Source: an uncultured Chloroflexia bacterium (GTDB taxonomy: Bacteria > Chloroflexota > Limnocylindria > Limnocylindrales > CSP1-4). Taken from it: a stretch of DNA of 64,000 nt. Below are positions 26,301 through 36,606 of this stretch, piece by piece (the stretch's first letter is position 1; each line of letters begins with the position of its first letter). The notes under the pieces are model-generated. The model saw only the letters and a list, made by a program, of their open reading frames with translations, searched no databases and was not told the origin of the DNA. The translations under genes and the position numbers were made by a program. The stretch is taken from positions 11,972 through 75,971 of the forward strand of contig CAVTNH010000007.1 of NCBI GenBank assembly GCA_963736025.1, given 5' to 3'.

Positions 26301-27432
26301 TCAGCCCTCGGTCCAGCGGACCTCGTGGCGGTCGGCGTCGGGTTCGATGAACCGGATGAGCCGCTCCGCCTCGTCCTCGAGCGCCCGGCGGTCCGCTCGC
26401 CCGATCGTCACCACGGGCGCGAGGTCGATCGCCGCGACGCCCTTGACGATCTCCGAGGTCCACGTCCCGCGCCACGAAGCCGTCGACGAGGAACGTCGCG
26501 AGGATGTCGGCGTTCTTCTTGTAGACCGCCGGCCGGTGCTCGTCAGCGATGATGCGGCGACGACCGTCGTAGCTCACAAGCAGGCTGTCCCAGCGAGCGA
26601 GGAAACGGACCGGTGCCGGCTCGTCGCCGCTCGCGACGTCCAGTCCCGCGAGGTCCACGAGGTCCCGGCCGTCCTCGCCGCGCAACGTGACCAGTCGATC
26701 CCCGAGCCGATCGATGGCCGCCTTCGACGTGACACGTCGCTGGCCGGACCACTGGGCGAAGTCGGCGACGGAAGCGGGTCCGTACGCGCGCAGGTAGCGC
26801 ACGACCGACTCGGCCATCGCTGTCTCCTCATCGGGCATGTCGAGCGACGGGGCGGCGACGTAGCGGGCCTTGCCGTGCGAGCGCCAGTGCCCGCTCGGCG
26901 GCACGTGGATCAGGCCGCCACGCGCGCTGACCATCCCGAACGTGACGCGGGTCACGCCGCCGGGCGCGTGGTCCGCAAGCGACGACCCATCGACGGTCAT
27001 CGCCGCCTCGTCCGCGAAGGCCTCCAGCTCGGCGAGCGTCCGCGGCGTCTCCGCAAACTCGAGCATCTGTCCGTGGAGCGCGTCGATGTCGCGTTGGATC
27101 GTGGGCGCCCAGACGGCGCTGCGCCGTCCGCGACTCGCGGCCTCGAACGCCGGATAGTCCGTCGCGGCGACGAGGTGCAGCGTCGCGCGCATCAGTGTCG
27201 CCTTGACCACCGAGCGGTCGTCGATCGCGCCGACGAGGTCCTCGATCTCGAGGCCCGCGAGGCGGGACCACAGCGCGATGTATGGCGAGTTCGCGTGCTG
27301 GGCCTGGAGCCCGGCCAGGTGGCTGATCGCGTCGGCCGGGTTCCCTGTCAATCGCTCGAGGAGCCCCTGGCGGGCCAGCGTCGTGCGGTTCAGCTGTCGG
27401 AGCGTGACCGGCTGCGTCCCCCCGGGTGCCAT
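26301..27432 (-). CDS. AlkZ-like (HTH_42) crosslink-repair DNA glycosylase, frameshift near 26470
   Basis: LNRTTLARQGLL, GLQAQ, ALWSRL, LMRATLHLV, RYLRAYGPAS. Confidence 0.85.
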
Positions 27433-27860
27433 CAGACCGGCGGCGCCCAGTCGGGCGCGGCGAGCTCGAAACCATCGAAGTCGAACGCCGGCGCGACGAT
27501 GCAGCCGACGAGCGCCCACGCACCGAGCGGTCGAGCTGCCTGCCACGCGCCGGCCGGGACCACGACCTGCGGGCGGTCGCCCGCGACGACGTCCGACCCG
27601 AGCCGATGCGCCGCGACCGCCGGCTCGCCCTCCGACCAGACCGAGACCTCGATGGGGTCGCCGGCCGCGAACTGCCAGACCTCGTCGGCGTCGACGCGAT
27701 GCCAGTGCGAGCGCTCGCCGGCCGCGAGGAGGTAGACGATCGCGCTGCTCGACGGCCGGGCGCCGTCGACGGCCGGCGCACGCCACGTCTCGGCGAACCA
27801 GCCGCCTTCTGGGTGGGCACGCAGTCGCAGGGCGGCGATCACGGCCGCGGCATCGGGCAT
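27432..27860 (-). CDS. Cupin_5 (DUF985) protein
   Basis: HPEGGWFAETWR, SHWHRVDADEVW, IVAPAFDFDGFEL. Confidence 0.88.
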   Translation of the reverse strand: MPDAAAVIAALRLRAHPEGGWFAETWRAPAVDGARPSSSAIVYLLAAGERSHWHRVDADEVWQFAAGDPIEVSVWSEGEPAVAAHRLGSDVVAGDRPQVVVPAGAWQAARPLGAWALVGCIVAPAFDFDGFELAAPDWAPPV

Positions 27861-27918
27861 GCCTCGAGGGTATCGCAGCCGGCACCCGTCCCGGGCCGGG
27901 TCGTCGTACCGTACGGGC

Positions 27919-28164
27919 ATGTGCCGAAGCATCAAGACCCTCCGTCGTGCCGAGACCGCAGCCACGACCGGTGAACTGGAGGCCGCCGCCCGCCAGTTCG
28001 TCCGCAAGATCAGCGGCTATCGCGAGCCCTCGGCCCGCAATCGCGAGGCGTTCGAAGCCGCGATCGTGGAGATCGCGTCGTCGTCGCAGCATCTGCTCGA
28101 TCACCTGGGCGTCGCCGTCGAGGAAGGCCCGAACCGCTGGACGCCGTCGGCCGCGCGTCGTTGA
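27919..28164 (+). CDS. DUF2277 family protein
   Basis: MCRSIKTLR...AAARQFVRKISG. Confidence 0.85.
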   Translation: MCRSIKTLRRAETAATTGELEAAARQFVRKISGYREPSARNREAFEAAIVEIASSSQHLLDHLGVAVEEGPNRWTPSAARR

Positions 28165-29387
28165 CCACCGCTCCGTGGTGGAGCCGGCCCGGGCTGGACG
28201 CGCGTGACGGCCGGCTGACGATCGCCGGCGAGGACGCGGAGGCGCTTGCCCGCGCCCACGGCACGCCGCTGTTCGTCTACGACCGCGCCCGATACGTCGA
28301 GAACACCCGCCGGTTCCAGGCCGCACTGGCCGGTGCCGGCCTCGACTTCCGCCTCCGGTTCGCGCTCAAGGCCAACCCGATGCCCGAGATCCTCGAGGTC
28401 ATCCGCGGGCTCGGACTGCCCGGGACCCCGGAGAGCGTCGGCATCGACGCCTGCTCTCCAGGCGAGGTCATCCGCGCGCTCGAGTGCGGCTGGCAACCCG
28501 ACGAGATCAGCTATACCGGCACGAACGTCTCCGAGCGCGACCTCGACGTCCTGCTCGCGCACGCGATCCACCTGAACCTCGACGCCATCAGCCAGATCGA
28601 GCGGTACGGCCGGCGGGCGCCGGGCACGCGCATCGGCATCCGGATCGACCCCGGGTCCGGCGCGGGCTACAGCGAGAAGCTCGAGTACAGCGGGTCGCGA
28701 CCGACCAAGTTCGGGATCGACCTCGAGCGGTTCGACGACGCACTGGCCGCCGTCGCGCGCCACGACCTGACCATCGACACGGTCCATTTCCACGCCGGGT
28801 CCGGCTGGCTGGGCGACGGCCTGGCCGGCTTCGAGCGGGCCCTGCCCGCGGCCGTCGAGGCGGTCCGGATCCTGCGCGGGGCCGGCCATCCGGTCACGGA
28901 GGTCAACGTCGGTGGCGGGCTCGGCGTGCCGGCCCGGGCGGACGAGCGACCGGTCGACCTGGACGCCTACGCGGCCGCCCTCGCGCGCCATCTCGGCCCG
29001 CTGGGCGTCGTGGTCGGCTGCGAACCGGGCGACCAGCTGGGCAAGGACGCCGGCATCCTCCTCGGCGAGGTGGTGACGGTCGAGACGCGGCGGGGCGTCA
29101 CGTTCGTCGGGCTCGATCTCGGCTGGAACGTCAACTGCTCGTTCTTCATCTATCGGTTCGCGCAGGAGATCGTCGTGTGCCGCGCCGCCGACGCAGCCCG
29201 GACCGAGGTTGTCACGGTCGCCGGGCACATCAACGAGGCCGGCGATGTCTTCGCCGAGGACTACCCGATGCCGCCGGTCGAGGAGGGCGACATCGTGGCC
29301 ATCCTCAACGCCGGCGCCTACCACCAGGCGATGAGCTCGACCCACTGCCTGCGCCCGCAGGGCGAGGCGGTCTTCCTCGATCGCTAG
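28161..29387 (+). CDS. Fold-type III PLP-dependent decarboxylase (LysA-like)
   Basis: FALKAN, TKFGI, HFHAGS, NVGGG, CEPG, AGAY. Confidence 0.8.
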   Translation: MTTAPWWSRPGLDARDGRLTIAGEDAEALARAHGTPLFVYDRARYVENTRRFQAALAGAGLDFRLRFALKANPMPEILEVIRGLGLPGTPESVGIDACSPGEVIRALECGWQPDEISYTGTNVSERDLDVLLAHAIHLNLDAISQIERYGRRAPGTRIGIRIDPGSGAGYSEKLEYSGSRPTKFGIDLERFDDALAAVARHDLTIDTVHFHAGSGWLGDGLAGFERALPAAVEAVRILRGAGHPVTEVNVGGGLGVPARADERPVDLDAYAAALARHLGPLGVVVGCEPGDQLGKDAGILLGEVVTVETRRGVTFVGLDLGWNVNCSFFIYRFAQEIVVCRAADAARTEVVTVAGHINEAGDVFAEDYPMPPVEEGDIVAILNAGAYHQAMSSTHCLRPQGEAVFLDR

Positions 29388-29845
29388 ACGTCGTCGAGGC
29401 CCCAGCGCGCGACGGCCTCGATCTCGATCCGGATGAGCGGGTTCGCCTCGAGGCGATGGCCGGCGTACTGCGGATACTTCGCGCGCAACGCTGCGATCGC
29501 CCCTGCACGCTCGCCCTCGCGGTCGGGCCCGGGCTCGATGAGCGCGGCGATCCCGCCCAGCCGCAGCCACGCGAGGCGCGACCAGTCCTCGTCCCAGCGG
29601 TCGACCAGCAGCGTGACCGCGGGCCGCTCGAGGATGTCGCGGACGCGGGCGAGATCACGGACGTCGTCGACGCGCTTGGGCTTGTCGTCGAGCGGCGTGT
29701 AGGCGACCGGGAGGTCCGGATCGAGGACGAAGCAGACAGGGACGAGCCGCGGCCGCCCGTCCGGGGCGATCGTGGCCAGGACGGCCCGCCGCGCCTCGAC
29801 GAGGAACGCGCGGTCGCCGGGCGAGAGGACGGTTCGGGACGGCAT
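29384..29845 (-). CDS. PPOX-class F420-dependent oxidoreductase (Rv0121-like)
   Basis: ARRAVLATI..DGRPRLVPVCF, DDKPK, LVDRWDEDWSRLAW, LRAKYPQY. Confidence 0.85.
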   Translation of the reverse strand: MPSRTVLSPGDRAFLVEARRAVLATIAPDGRPRLVPVCFVLDPDLPVAYTPLDDKPKRVDDVRDLARVRDILERPAVTLLVDRWDEDWSRLAWLRLGGIAALIEPGPDREGERAGAIAALRAKYPQYAGHRLEANPLIRIEIEAVARWGLDDV

Positions 29846-29905
29846 GATGCGACCCATGATGGCCGCCGGACCGCCTCATCGCCATCGGCCCGTACACTCG
29901 CCCGC

Positions 29906-30583
29906 ATGGCCGAACGACGTCGCGTGCTGCTCGCGGGCATCGTCATCGCGCTCGTGGTCGCGGTCGGTGCCCTGGCGGCCGTCACCACGCGCCGGCCGGA
30001 CGCCTCGCCTGACCCCTCGATCGATCCGAGCCCGGCCGCCTCGATCGGTCAGGCCGCGAGCGGGACGCCGGACGGCGTGACACCGACTCCGACGGCCACG
30101 CTCGAGACGCCGGCGGTCACGCCGAGCCCGAGCCCGACCGCGACGGCCAAGGCGACGGCCAGGGCCACGCCGAAGCCGCGGACGACCGGCGACCCTCGGC
30201 TCGCCTACGCCGCGTTCCTGCTGCGCGCGAACGACGACCGCTCGACCGTCGAATCGCTCAACAGGGCGCTCGCCGCGGCCGTCGACGATCAGGATCGCGA
30301 TGCCGCCCGCGCCGCGTCCGTCGACATCCTCGAGTTCGTCGATTCCGAGCACGACTGGCTGCGCGAGCACCCGCCGGCGGCGTGCTACGCCGACGCCCAC
30401 GACGCGGCGGACGCCATGCTCGACGCCTACGGCACCGCGGCCGACCGATTCATCACGTGGAGCAAGGCGAAGCCGGGTTTCGACTCGCTCGCGGCCCTGG
30501 CCCTGGCTGCGCAGGCGGCCGACGCCGCGGGCGAGGCACTGGCCGCGTTCGGCCGCGCGTTGGAGGCCACGACATGCCGATGA
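29906..30583 (+). CDS. Hypothetical membrane-anchored protein (TM, Pro/Thr linker, helical domain)
   Basis: N-terminal hydrophobic segment; TACACT -10 just upstream; stop overlaps fdhD start. Confidence 0.6.
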   Translation: MAERRRVLLAGIVIALVVAVGALAAVTTRRPDASPDPSIDPSPAASIGQAASGTPDGVTPTPTATLETPAVTPSPSPTATAKATARATPKPRTTGDPRLAYAAFLLRANDDRSTVESLNRALAAAVDDQDRDAARAASVDILEFVDSEHDWLREHPPAACYADAHDAADAMLDAYGTAADRFITWSKAKPGFDSLAALALAAQAADAAGEALAAFGRALEATTCR

Positions 30584-31443
30584 CCGACGAACCGCTGCTC
30601 CCGATCCGGCACGTGACGAGCCGTCGGATCATCGCCGTCCGCGGGTCCGCGCTCGAGATCCGCGACGACCGCGTCGTCGGTGAGGCGCCGCTCGAGATCC
30701 GGGTCGCGGGTCCGCAGCAGAAGCCGGTGGCCGTCGCGGTGACGATGCGGACGCCCGGCTTCGAGGACGAGCTCGCCGTGGGCTTCCTCCGGACGGAGGG
30801 GCTCATCGACGGGCCCGAGGTGGTCTCGACCGCCGGCGGCGATCCGGGCTCGTTGAGCCAGCCGGACGACACCATCCTCGTCCGGCTCTCCCGGCCGTTC
30901 GACGACTCGAAGGTGGCGGAGCGGCACTTCATCGCGACCGCGTCGTGCGGCATCTGCGGCAAGGCATCGATCGACGAGGTCGCCCTCCGGGCCGACCCGC
31001 TGCCGGACGGGCCCGTGGTGCCACGGGCCGTGATCCTCGCGCTCCCCGATCTGCTCCGGGCGGCCCAGAAGGCGTTCGACGAGACCGGCGGGCTGCACGC
31101 GGCCGGCCTCTTCACGCCGAGTGGCGAGCTGATCGCGATCCGCGAGGACGTCGGCCGGCACAACGCGCTCGACAAGCTCGTCGGCTCGCAGGTCCTCGCG
31201 GGCGCGATGCCCCTCCACGACCGGATCCTGATGGTGTCCGGACGGGTCAGCTTCGAGATCATCCAGAAGGCGGCCGTCGCCGGGATCCCGATCGTGTGCG
31301 CGGTGTCCGCGCCGTCAGACCTCGCGATCGAGACCGCGGAGCGTCTCGGGGTGACCCTCGTCGGCTTCCTCCGCGGCGAGGGCTTCAACGTCTACGCCCA
31401 CGACGGCCGCATCGACCTGCGGGACCTCAGCGGCTGGGGCTGA
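30580..31443 (+). CDS. fdhD: Formate dehydrogenase accessory sulfurtransferase FdhD
   Basis: MRTPG, ASCGICGK, FDETGGLHAA, REDVGRHNALDK, SAPSDLA. Confidence 0.95.
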   Translation: MTDEPLLPIRHVTSRRIIAVRGSALEIRDDRVVGEAPLEIRVAGPQQKPVAVAVTMRTPGFEDELAVGFLRTEGLIDGPEVVSTAGGDPGSLSQPDDTILVRLSRPFDDSKVAERHFIATASCGICGKASIDEVALRADPLPDGPVVPRAVILALPDLLRAAQKAFDETGGLHAAGLFTPSGELIAIREDVGRHNALDKLVGSQVLAGAMPLHDRILMVSGRVSFEIIQKAAVAGIPIVCAVSAPSDLAIETAERLGVTLVGFLRGEGFNVYAHDGRIDLRDLSGWG

Positions 31444-31458
31444 GGTCCCGGCCTCGCG

Positions 31459-31899
31459 TCAGCGGCTCGCCGCCGCTGCGAGGTATCCCTCGGTGACCTC
31501 GCCCTTGTGCGCGGCGAACGCCGCCAGGACCTCCCCCTTCTCCTTCTCGGGCACCCCGACGACGTCGAGCGTGCGCGCGAGCTCCGCGGCGACTTCGTCG
31601 AATTCCTCAGGCGAGATCCGGAGGTCGCGATGGGCCTCCTCCAGCCCCAGGATCGTGCTGCCCGGTTCCGTGCCCGTGTACTTGATCGGGCCCCCGCTCA
31701 CGTCGCAGACCCACAGGGTGCGCATGAACTTGAGGCCGGGCAGGCGACCCAGGTTGTTCGTATGCCATTCGCGGAGCTGGGGATTGGCGGACGTCTGCCC
31801 GACGATCGGGTTTCGCACGACGGCATCGCTGAAGTGGTCGACGACGGCGGCGATGGCGAATGCGCCACCCAGCCGGTCATACAGGCTTTGTTCAGACAT
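31459..31899 (-). CDS. Group I truncated hemoglobin
   Basis: SLYDRLGG..AIAAVVD, GGPIKYTG, EAHRDLRISPEEFD. Confidence 0.85.
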   Translation of the reverse strand: MSEQSLYDRLGGAFAIAAVVDHFSDAVVRNPIVGQTSANPQLREWHTNNLGRLPGLKFMRTLWVCDVSGGPIKYTGTEPGSTILGLEEAHRDLRISPEEFDEVAAELARTLDVVGVPEKEKGEVLAAFAAHKGEVTEGYLAAAASR

Positions 31900-31977
31900 G
31901 GTCTGGTACCTCGGCTCGGGAAACCAGTGGTCCGTCCAGGCCGGCCTCGCCCGACGTCCACAGTGATTCTATCGCTA

Positions 31978-32016
31978 GCGTGTATGCGTTATACACGCCG
32001 CACCGACGCATGTCAA
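31978..32016 (-). promoter_or_regulatory. Consensus sigma70 promoter of the globin gene with perfect inverted repeat over -10
   Basis: TTGACA (32016-32011)-17 nt-TATAAC (31993-31988); GCGTGTAT-N5-ATACACGC at 31978-31998. Confidence 0.75.
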
Positions 32017-32029
32017 TGGACCGGGTCGG

Positions 32030-33091
32030 TCACCGCTCGGGCGAGGTCGAGCCACCCTTCGGGCGTTCGTTGACGAACTCGAATCCGAAGCGGCCCTTGA
32101 TGCACAGGTGGCCGTCGGTCACGGTCGAATCGAGCGGCGACGTCACCTTGAGGATCTTGTCGTCCTGGACGTGCAGCTCGACGGCGCACCCGACGCCGCA
32201 GTACGGGCAGATCGTCTCGGTCACGGTCTGCTGCGACGGGTCCCACGTGCCGGCCGCGCGCATGTCGTATTCGGGCTTCGCCATGAGCGCCCCGGTCGGG
32301 CAGACGCCGATGCAGTTGCCGCAGTACACGCAGGCCGACTCCGGCAGCGGGACGGCCTGCTCGGTCGAGATGCGGGCGTCGAACCCGCGACCGGCCACGG
32401 CGATCGCGAACGTGTTCTGGGCGTCCTCGCCGCAGGCCTCGACGCACTTGTAGCAGAGGATGCACTTCGAGTAGTCGCGGACGTAGAGGTCGTTGTCGAT
32501 CTTGGTCGGCTGGGCGACCGTCGCGGCCGTCTCGTCGCCGGACGGCGCGTGGTGGTGGCCGGCCTCGAGCTCGTCGCGCTCGCCGGCTGCAGCCGGGGCA
32601 GCCGGTGGTCCATAGCGGGAGGGATCGGCGCCGTACCGCTGGGCATAGGCAGCCGCCGACCCGTCCGGCACGGCCGGACCGGCGAGCGAGATGTCGACCG
32701 ACGACCCCAGGAACTCGAGGACCATCTTGCGCGATGTCCGGACCCGCTCCGAGTCCGTCTGGACCTCCATCCCGGCCTCGACCTTGCGCGAACACGCGGG
32801 CACGAGCACGCGCGACCCCGTCACCTCGACCACGCACACCCGGCAGACGTTGACCGGCGTCAGGTTCTCGGCGTAGCAGAGGGTCGGCGTGTCGATGCCC
32901 TGGGCGCGACAGGCGCCGAGGATGGTCGTGCCGGCGGGGACCGTGACGGTCGCCCCATCGACGGTCAGCTCGATCGGCGGCGGCGCCTCGACGACGGGCG
33001 CGGCAGGCGGCTTCGACGCGCGGGCTGGCGGCGTCAGCAGGATCGCCGAGAGCGGCGTGTGCTCCTCCTCCGGCCTTGCCGAGTGCGTCAC
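32030..33091 (-). CDS. FDH iron-sulfur subunit (2Fe-2S, 2x4Fe-4S and molybdopterin-enzyme 4Fe-4S domain)
   Basis: PTLCY..CRVCVVE..ACS; CILCYKCVEAC; CVYCGNCIGVCP; TICPYCGVGC...LCIKGRFG. Confidence 0.9.
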   Translation of the reverse strand: MTHSARPEEEHTPLSAILLTPPARASKPPAAPVVEAPPPIELTVDGATVTVPAGTTILGACRAQGIDTPTLCYAENLTPVNVCRVCVVEVTGSRVLVPACSRKVEAGMEVQTDSERVRTSRKMVLEFLGSSVDISLAGPAVPDGSAAAYAQRYGADPSRYGPPAAPAAAGERDELEAGHHHAPSGDETAATVAQPTKIDNDLYVRDYSKCILCYKCVEACGEDAQNTFAIAVAGRGFDARISTEQAVPLPESACVYCGNCIGVCPTGALMAKPEYDMRAAGTWDPSQQTVTETICPYCGVGCAVELHVQDDKILKVTSPLDSTVTDGHLCIKGRFGFEFVNERPKGGSTSPER

Positions 33092-34948
33092 AGCGCCACC
33101 AACCCGGGCTGGCGCAGGGCGGACTCGATCGCGGACGACGCCGTCTGGCCGAGGCCGCAGATCGAGGCGTCGCGCATGACCTGGCCGATCTCGCGGAGGA
33201 GTGCCAGCTCCTCGTCCCGTGGCCGGACGCGCGACCCATCCGCGAGCCGCGCCAGGAGCTCCTCCTGGCGGACGCTCCCGACCCGGCACGGGACGCACTG
33301 GCCGCACGACTCGTCGCGGAAGAACTGGGCGATGCGCCGGAGGGTGTCGACGAGGTCGGCCGTCTCGTCGAAGACCATGATCACCCCGGAACCGAGGGTC
33401 GCCCCGATGGCGCGCGTCGCCTCGAACGTCAGCGGCGTGTCGAGGACCTCCGGCCCGACGAAGACCCCCGCCGCGCCCCCGAGCAGGATCGTGCGGATGT
33501 CGCGACCGCCGGGCACCCCGCCGGCGAGATCGATGAGGTCGCGCAGCGTTGCCCCGAACTCGACCTCGTAGGTGCCAGGTCGCGCTACGTGGCCGGACAG
33601 GCAGAAGAGCTTCGGTCCGGTCGAGATGCCGCCGGCACCGATCGCCGCGTAGGCCTCGCCGCCCATCTCGAGGATCAGCGGGACATTGGCCAGCGTCTCG
33701 ACGTTGTTGACCACGGTCGGCTTGCCGAACAGCCCGACCTCGACCGGGAACGGCGGCTTGTTCCGTGGCTCGCCGCGCTTGCCCTCGATCGACTCGAAGA
33801 GCGCCGTCTCCTCGCCGCAGATGTAGGCGCCGGCGCCGCGGCGGAGCTCGATGTCGAAGGCGAAGCCCGACCCGAGGACGTCGGGCCGAGGAGCCCGGCT
33901 TCCGGGCCTCGGCGATCGCGTGCGGTCACGCGTCGCCTCGGCCTCCGGGTACTCGCCGCGGAGGTAGATGTAAGCCCTGCGTGCGCACCGATCGCGAAGC
34001 CGGCGATCGTCATCGCCTCGACGATGGCGTACGGGTCGCCCTCGAGCAGCACCCGGTCCTTGAACGTGCCCGGCTCCGATTCGTCGGCGTTGCAGACGAC
34101 GTAGTGCGGACTGCGCCGGCTGGGCGGCGACCGCGGCCCACTTCCGCCCGGTCGGGAATGCGGCGCCACCGCGCCCGACCAGGCCCGATGTCGTGACCTC
34201 GGCGATGACCGCTTCCGGGCCGATCTCCAGCGCGCGGGGCAGGCCGCGTAGCCACCGTGCTCGCGGTAGTCGTCGACCGAGGCCGGATCGACGATTCCGA
34301 TCGCGCCGTAGGAGGCGAGGCCGCTGGGCCGGTGGCTGGGGCAGCGCGGGCGACGGCCGCTCGGCGCATCGCGCTCGCATGCAGCCGCGCGGCGATCCCG
34401 GCCGCGTCGACCGGCGCGGCCGTGACGTTGCGCGCCTGTTCCCCGGCCGATGGTGAAGAGCGCGGCCGGCGCGAGGTCGCACAGGCCCAGGCAGGGCGAG
34501 CGGAGCCAGGTGGACCGGCCGTCGTCGAGCGGCGGCGCCGGCCTCGCCGACGGCCCGCGTGAGATCTGCGCAGATCGTCCTCGGCGCCGGCCAGCCGGCA
34601 CGCGATGTCGTCGCAGACATGGGCGACGACCGGCGGCCGCGGCTTGGTCGCGTACAGGGCGTAGAACGTCGCCACGCCGTATGCCTCGGCGGGCGGCACG
34701 GCGAGCCGCTTGGCGACGTAGTTGATGGCCGGCTGGCTGATCCACCCGACGCGCCCTTGCACGGCATGCAGGACGGGCAGCAGCAGGTCGCGCCGGGCGC
34801 GCGCGGCGTGTCCGCCCTGCGAGGCGTGGCCGTCGAGGGCGACGTCGCGTGCGCCGCCGACCCAGCGCGATGTGGCGGGTCCGAGGACGGAATCCACGGC
34901 GGCACGTTCGGCGGGCGACGCGAGCGGACCGATGACGTGCAGGTCCAT
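33088..34948 (-). CDS. NuoE-NuoF (FdsG-FdsB) fused diaphorase subunit, many frameshifts
   Basis: YGVATFY..VCDDIAC; SPCLGLC; [13 protein letters not shown]; [14 protein letters not shown]; [11 protein letters not shown]; [12 protein letters not shown]. Confidence 0.88.
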
Positions 34949-35108
34949 CGTCGCCGAGTGTAGCCACGCCGCCGTCATCGCGACGCCGTGGTTGCGGCCC
35001 GCATGTCGGCGGGGCTATCGCGGGCCTTGACGGTCGGCCTAGGATGCACCATTCGCGCGCCACGGCGACGCAGGCACCGGCGCCGGCGACGCGAGCGGAG
35101 GTGGAGCG

Positions 35109-36599
35109 ATGGCGGCCACGTACGCCCCAGCGGATTCGGCCGAGCCCGGACTCGAACGCGGAGCGATCGGGCTCACCGAGGTCCTGTTCCAGTCCATCAC
35201 CCACATGGCGCCGGCGGTCGCCACGGCCCTCTCGCTCGGGGCCGCCACATTGTTTGCCGGCGGCAACACGCCGCTCGCCGTCGTTCTGGCCCTCATCGCG
35301 GCCCTGTTCACGGCGTATTCGATCGGGGAGCTCGCCCGCTACCTGCCGTCGGCCGGTGGCATGTACACGTACGTTGCCCGCGGCCTTGGCTCGTTCTTCG
35401 GCTGGCTGATGGCCTGGGCGTTCCTTCTCGCCGAGCCGGTCGTCCCCGCGGCGCTCTTCGCCTCATTCGGGTTGTTCGCGGCGTCGCTGATCACGCTCGT
35501 GACCGGGTACTCCCAGGACTACCTGTGGCTTCCGCTCACGGTCCTGTGCGGGCTCGTCGTCTGGTGGCTCGTCTATCGGGGCATCTCGATCTCGACCCGC
35601 GTCGGCGTCGCCCTGGGCCTGATCGAGATCGGCATCTTCCTGTTGGTGTCCCTGCTGCTGATCATCAACGCCGGCTCGAGGAACACGGTATCCGTGTTCC
35701 TCCCGGGCGACGACGGTCTCAAGCCGGCTCTCCAGGGGATGGTCTTCTGCCTCCTCGCGTTCGTGGGGTTCGAGGCAGCCGCGCCGCTGGCCGAAGAGAC
35801 TCGTGACCCGAAGCGGACGATCCGCCGGGCCGTGCTCCTGTCGGCGGTCCTGATCGGCCTGTTCTACATCTTCAACATGTACGCCGCGACCGTGTACTTC
35901 GGCCCGGACAAGATGCTGACCGACTTCTACGGGTTCAACAACGGCGACCCGTGGAGCGCGATGGCCAACGACGTCCTGCCGGGCATCGGCGGCATCCTCG
36001 TGATCTTCGCGATCCTCAACAGCTCACTCGCCAACGCCAGCGCTGGGGCAAACGCCTCGACCCGGGTGATCTTCTCGCTCGGCCGCGTGCGCTTGCTACC
36101 GCGCTGGTTCGCGGCCATCCATGAGACGCATCGGACCCCGATGAACGCCGTCCATTTCCAGGGGATCTTCGGAATCGCGCTGGCCGTCGGGCTGGGTCTG
36201 CTGTTTCAGGGCCAGGGGCAGCCGTTGGGCGGGCCGCTCACGGTGTATGTCTGGATCGGCTACGCCCTCGGGTTGCTGTTCGCCGGGATGTACGTGGCCG
36301 TCAACCTCGCGGTCATCGGCTTCTACTACCGCGAACGGCGGTCCGAGTTCTCCCCGATCAAGCACCTCGTCATCCCGATCCTCGGCATCGCGTTGCTGAT
36401 CCCGGCGTTCCTCGGTGTGCTCGGGGGGCTGACGATCCCGCTCTTCGACATCAAGCTCGATCCACTCAAGACGCCGTACGACATCGTGCCGGTGCTCGTG
36501 CTGATCTGGATGGTCCTCGGCGTGGTCGCCTACTTCGTGCTGCGCAGCCGGAACCCGGACGCGCTGACCCGCGTCGGCGACGTCATGACGGAGGGCTAA
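35109..36599 (+). CDS. APC family amino acid/amine permease
   Basis: About 12 TM segments; PSAGGMYTY; [14 protein letters not shown]. Confidence 0.9.
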   Translation: MAATYAPADSAEPGLERGAIGLTEVLFQSITHMAPAVATALSLGAATLFAGGNTPLAVVLALIAALFTAYSIGELARYLPSAGGMYTYVARGLGSFFGWLMAWAFLLAEPVVPAALFASFGLFAASLITLVTGYSQDYLWLPLTVLCGLVVWWLVYRGISISTRVGVALGLIEIGIFLLVSLLLIINAGSRNTVSVFLPGDDGLKPALQGMVFCLLAFVGFEAAAPLAEETRDPKRTIRRAVLLSAVLIGLFYIFNMYAATVYFGPDKMLTDFYGFNNGDPWSAMANDVLPGIGGILVIFAILNSSLANASAGANASTRVIFSLGRVRLLPRWFAAIHETHRTPMNAVHFQGIFGIALAVGLGLLFQGQGQPLGGPLTVYVWIGYALGLLFAGMYVAVNLAVIGFYYRERRSEFSPIKHLVIPILGIALLIPAFLGVLGGLTIPLFDIKLDPLKTPYDIVPVLVLIWMVLGVVAYFVLRSRNPDALTRVGDVMTEG

Positions 36600-36606
36600 G
36601 CCCGCA

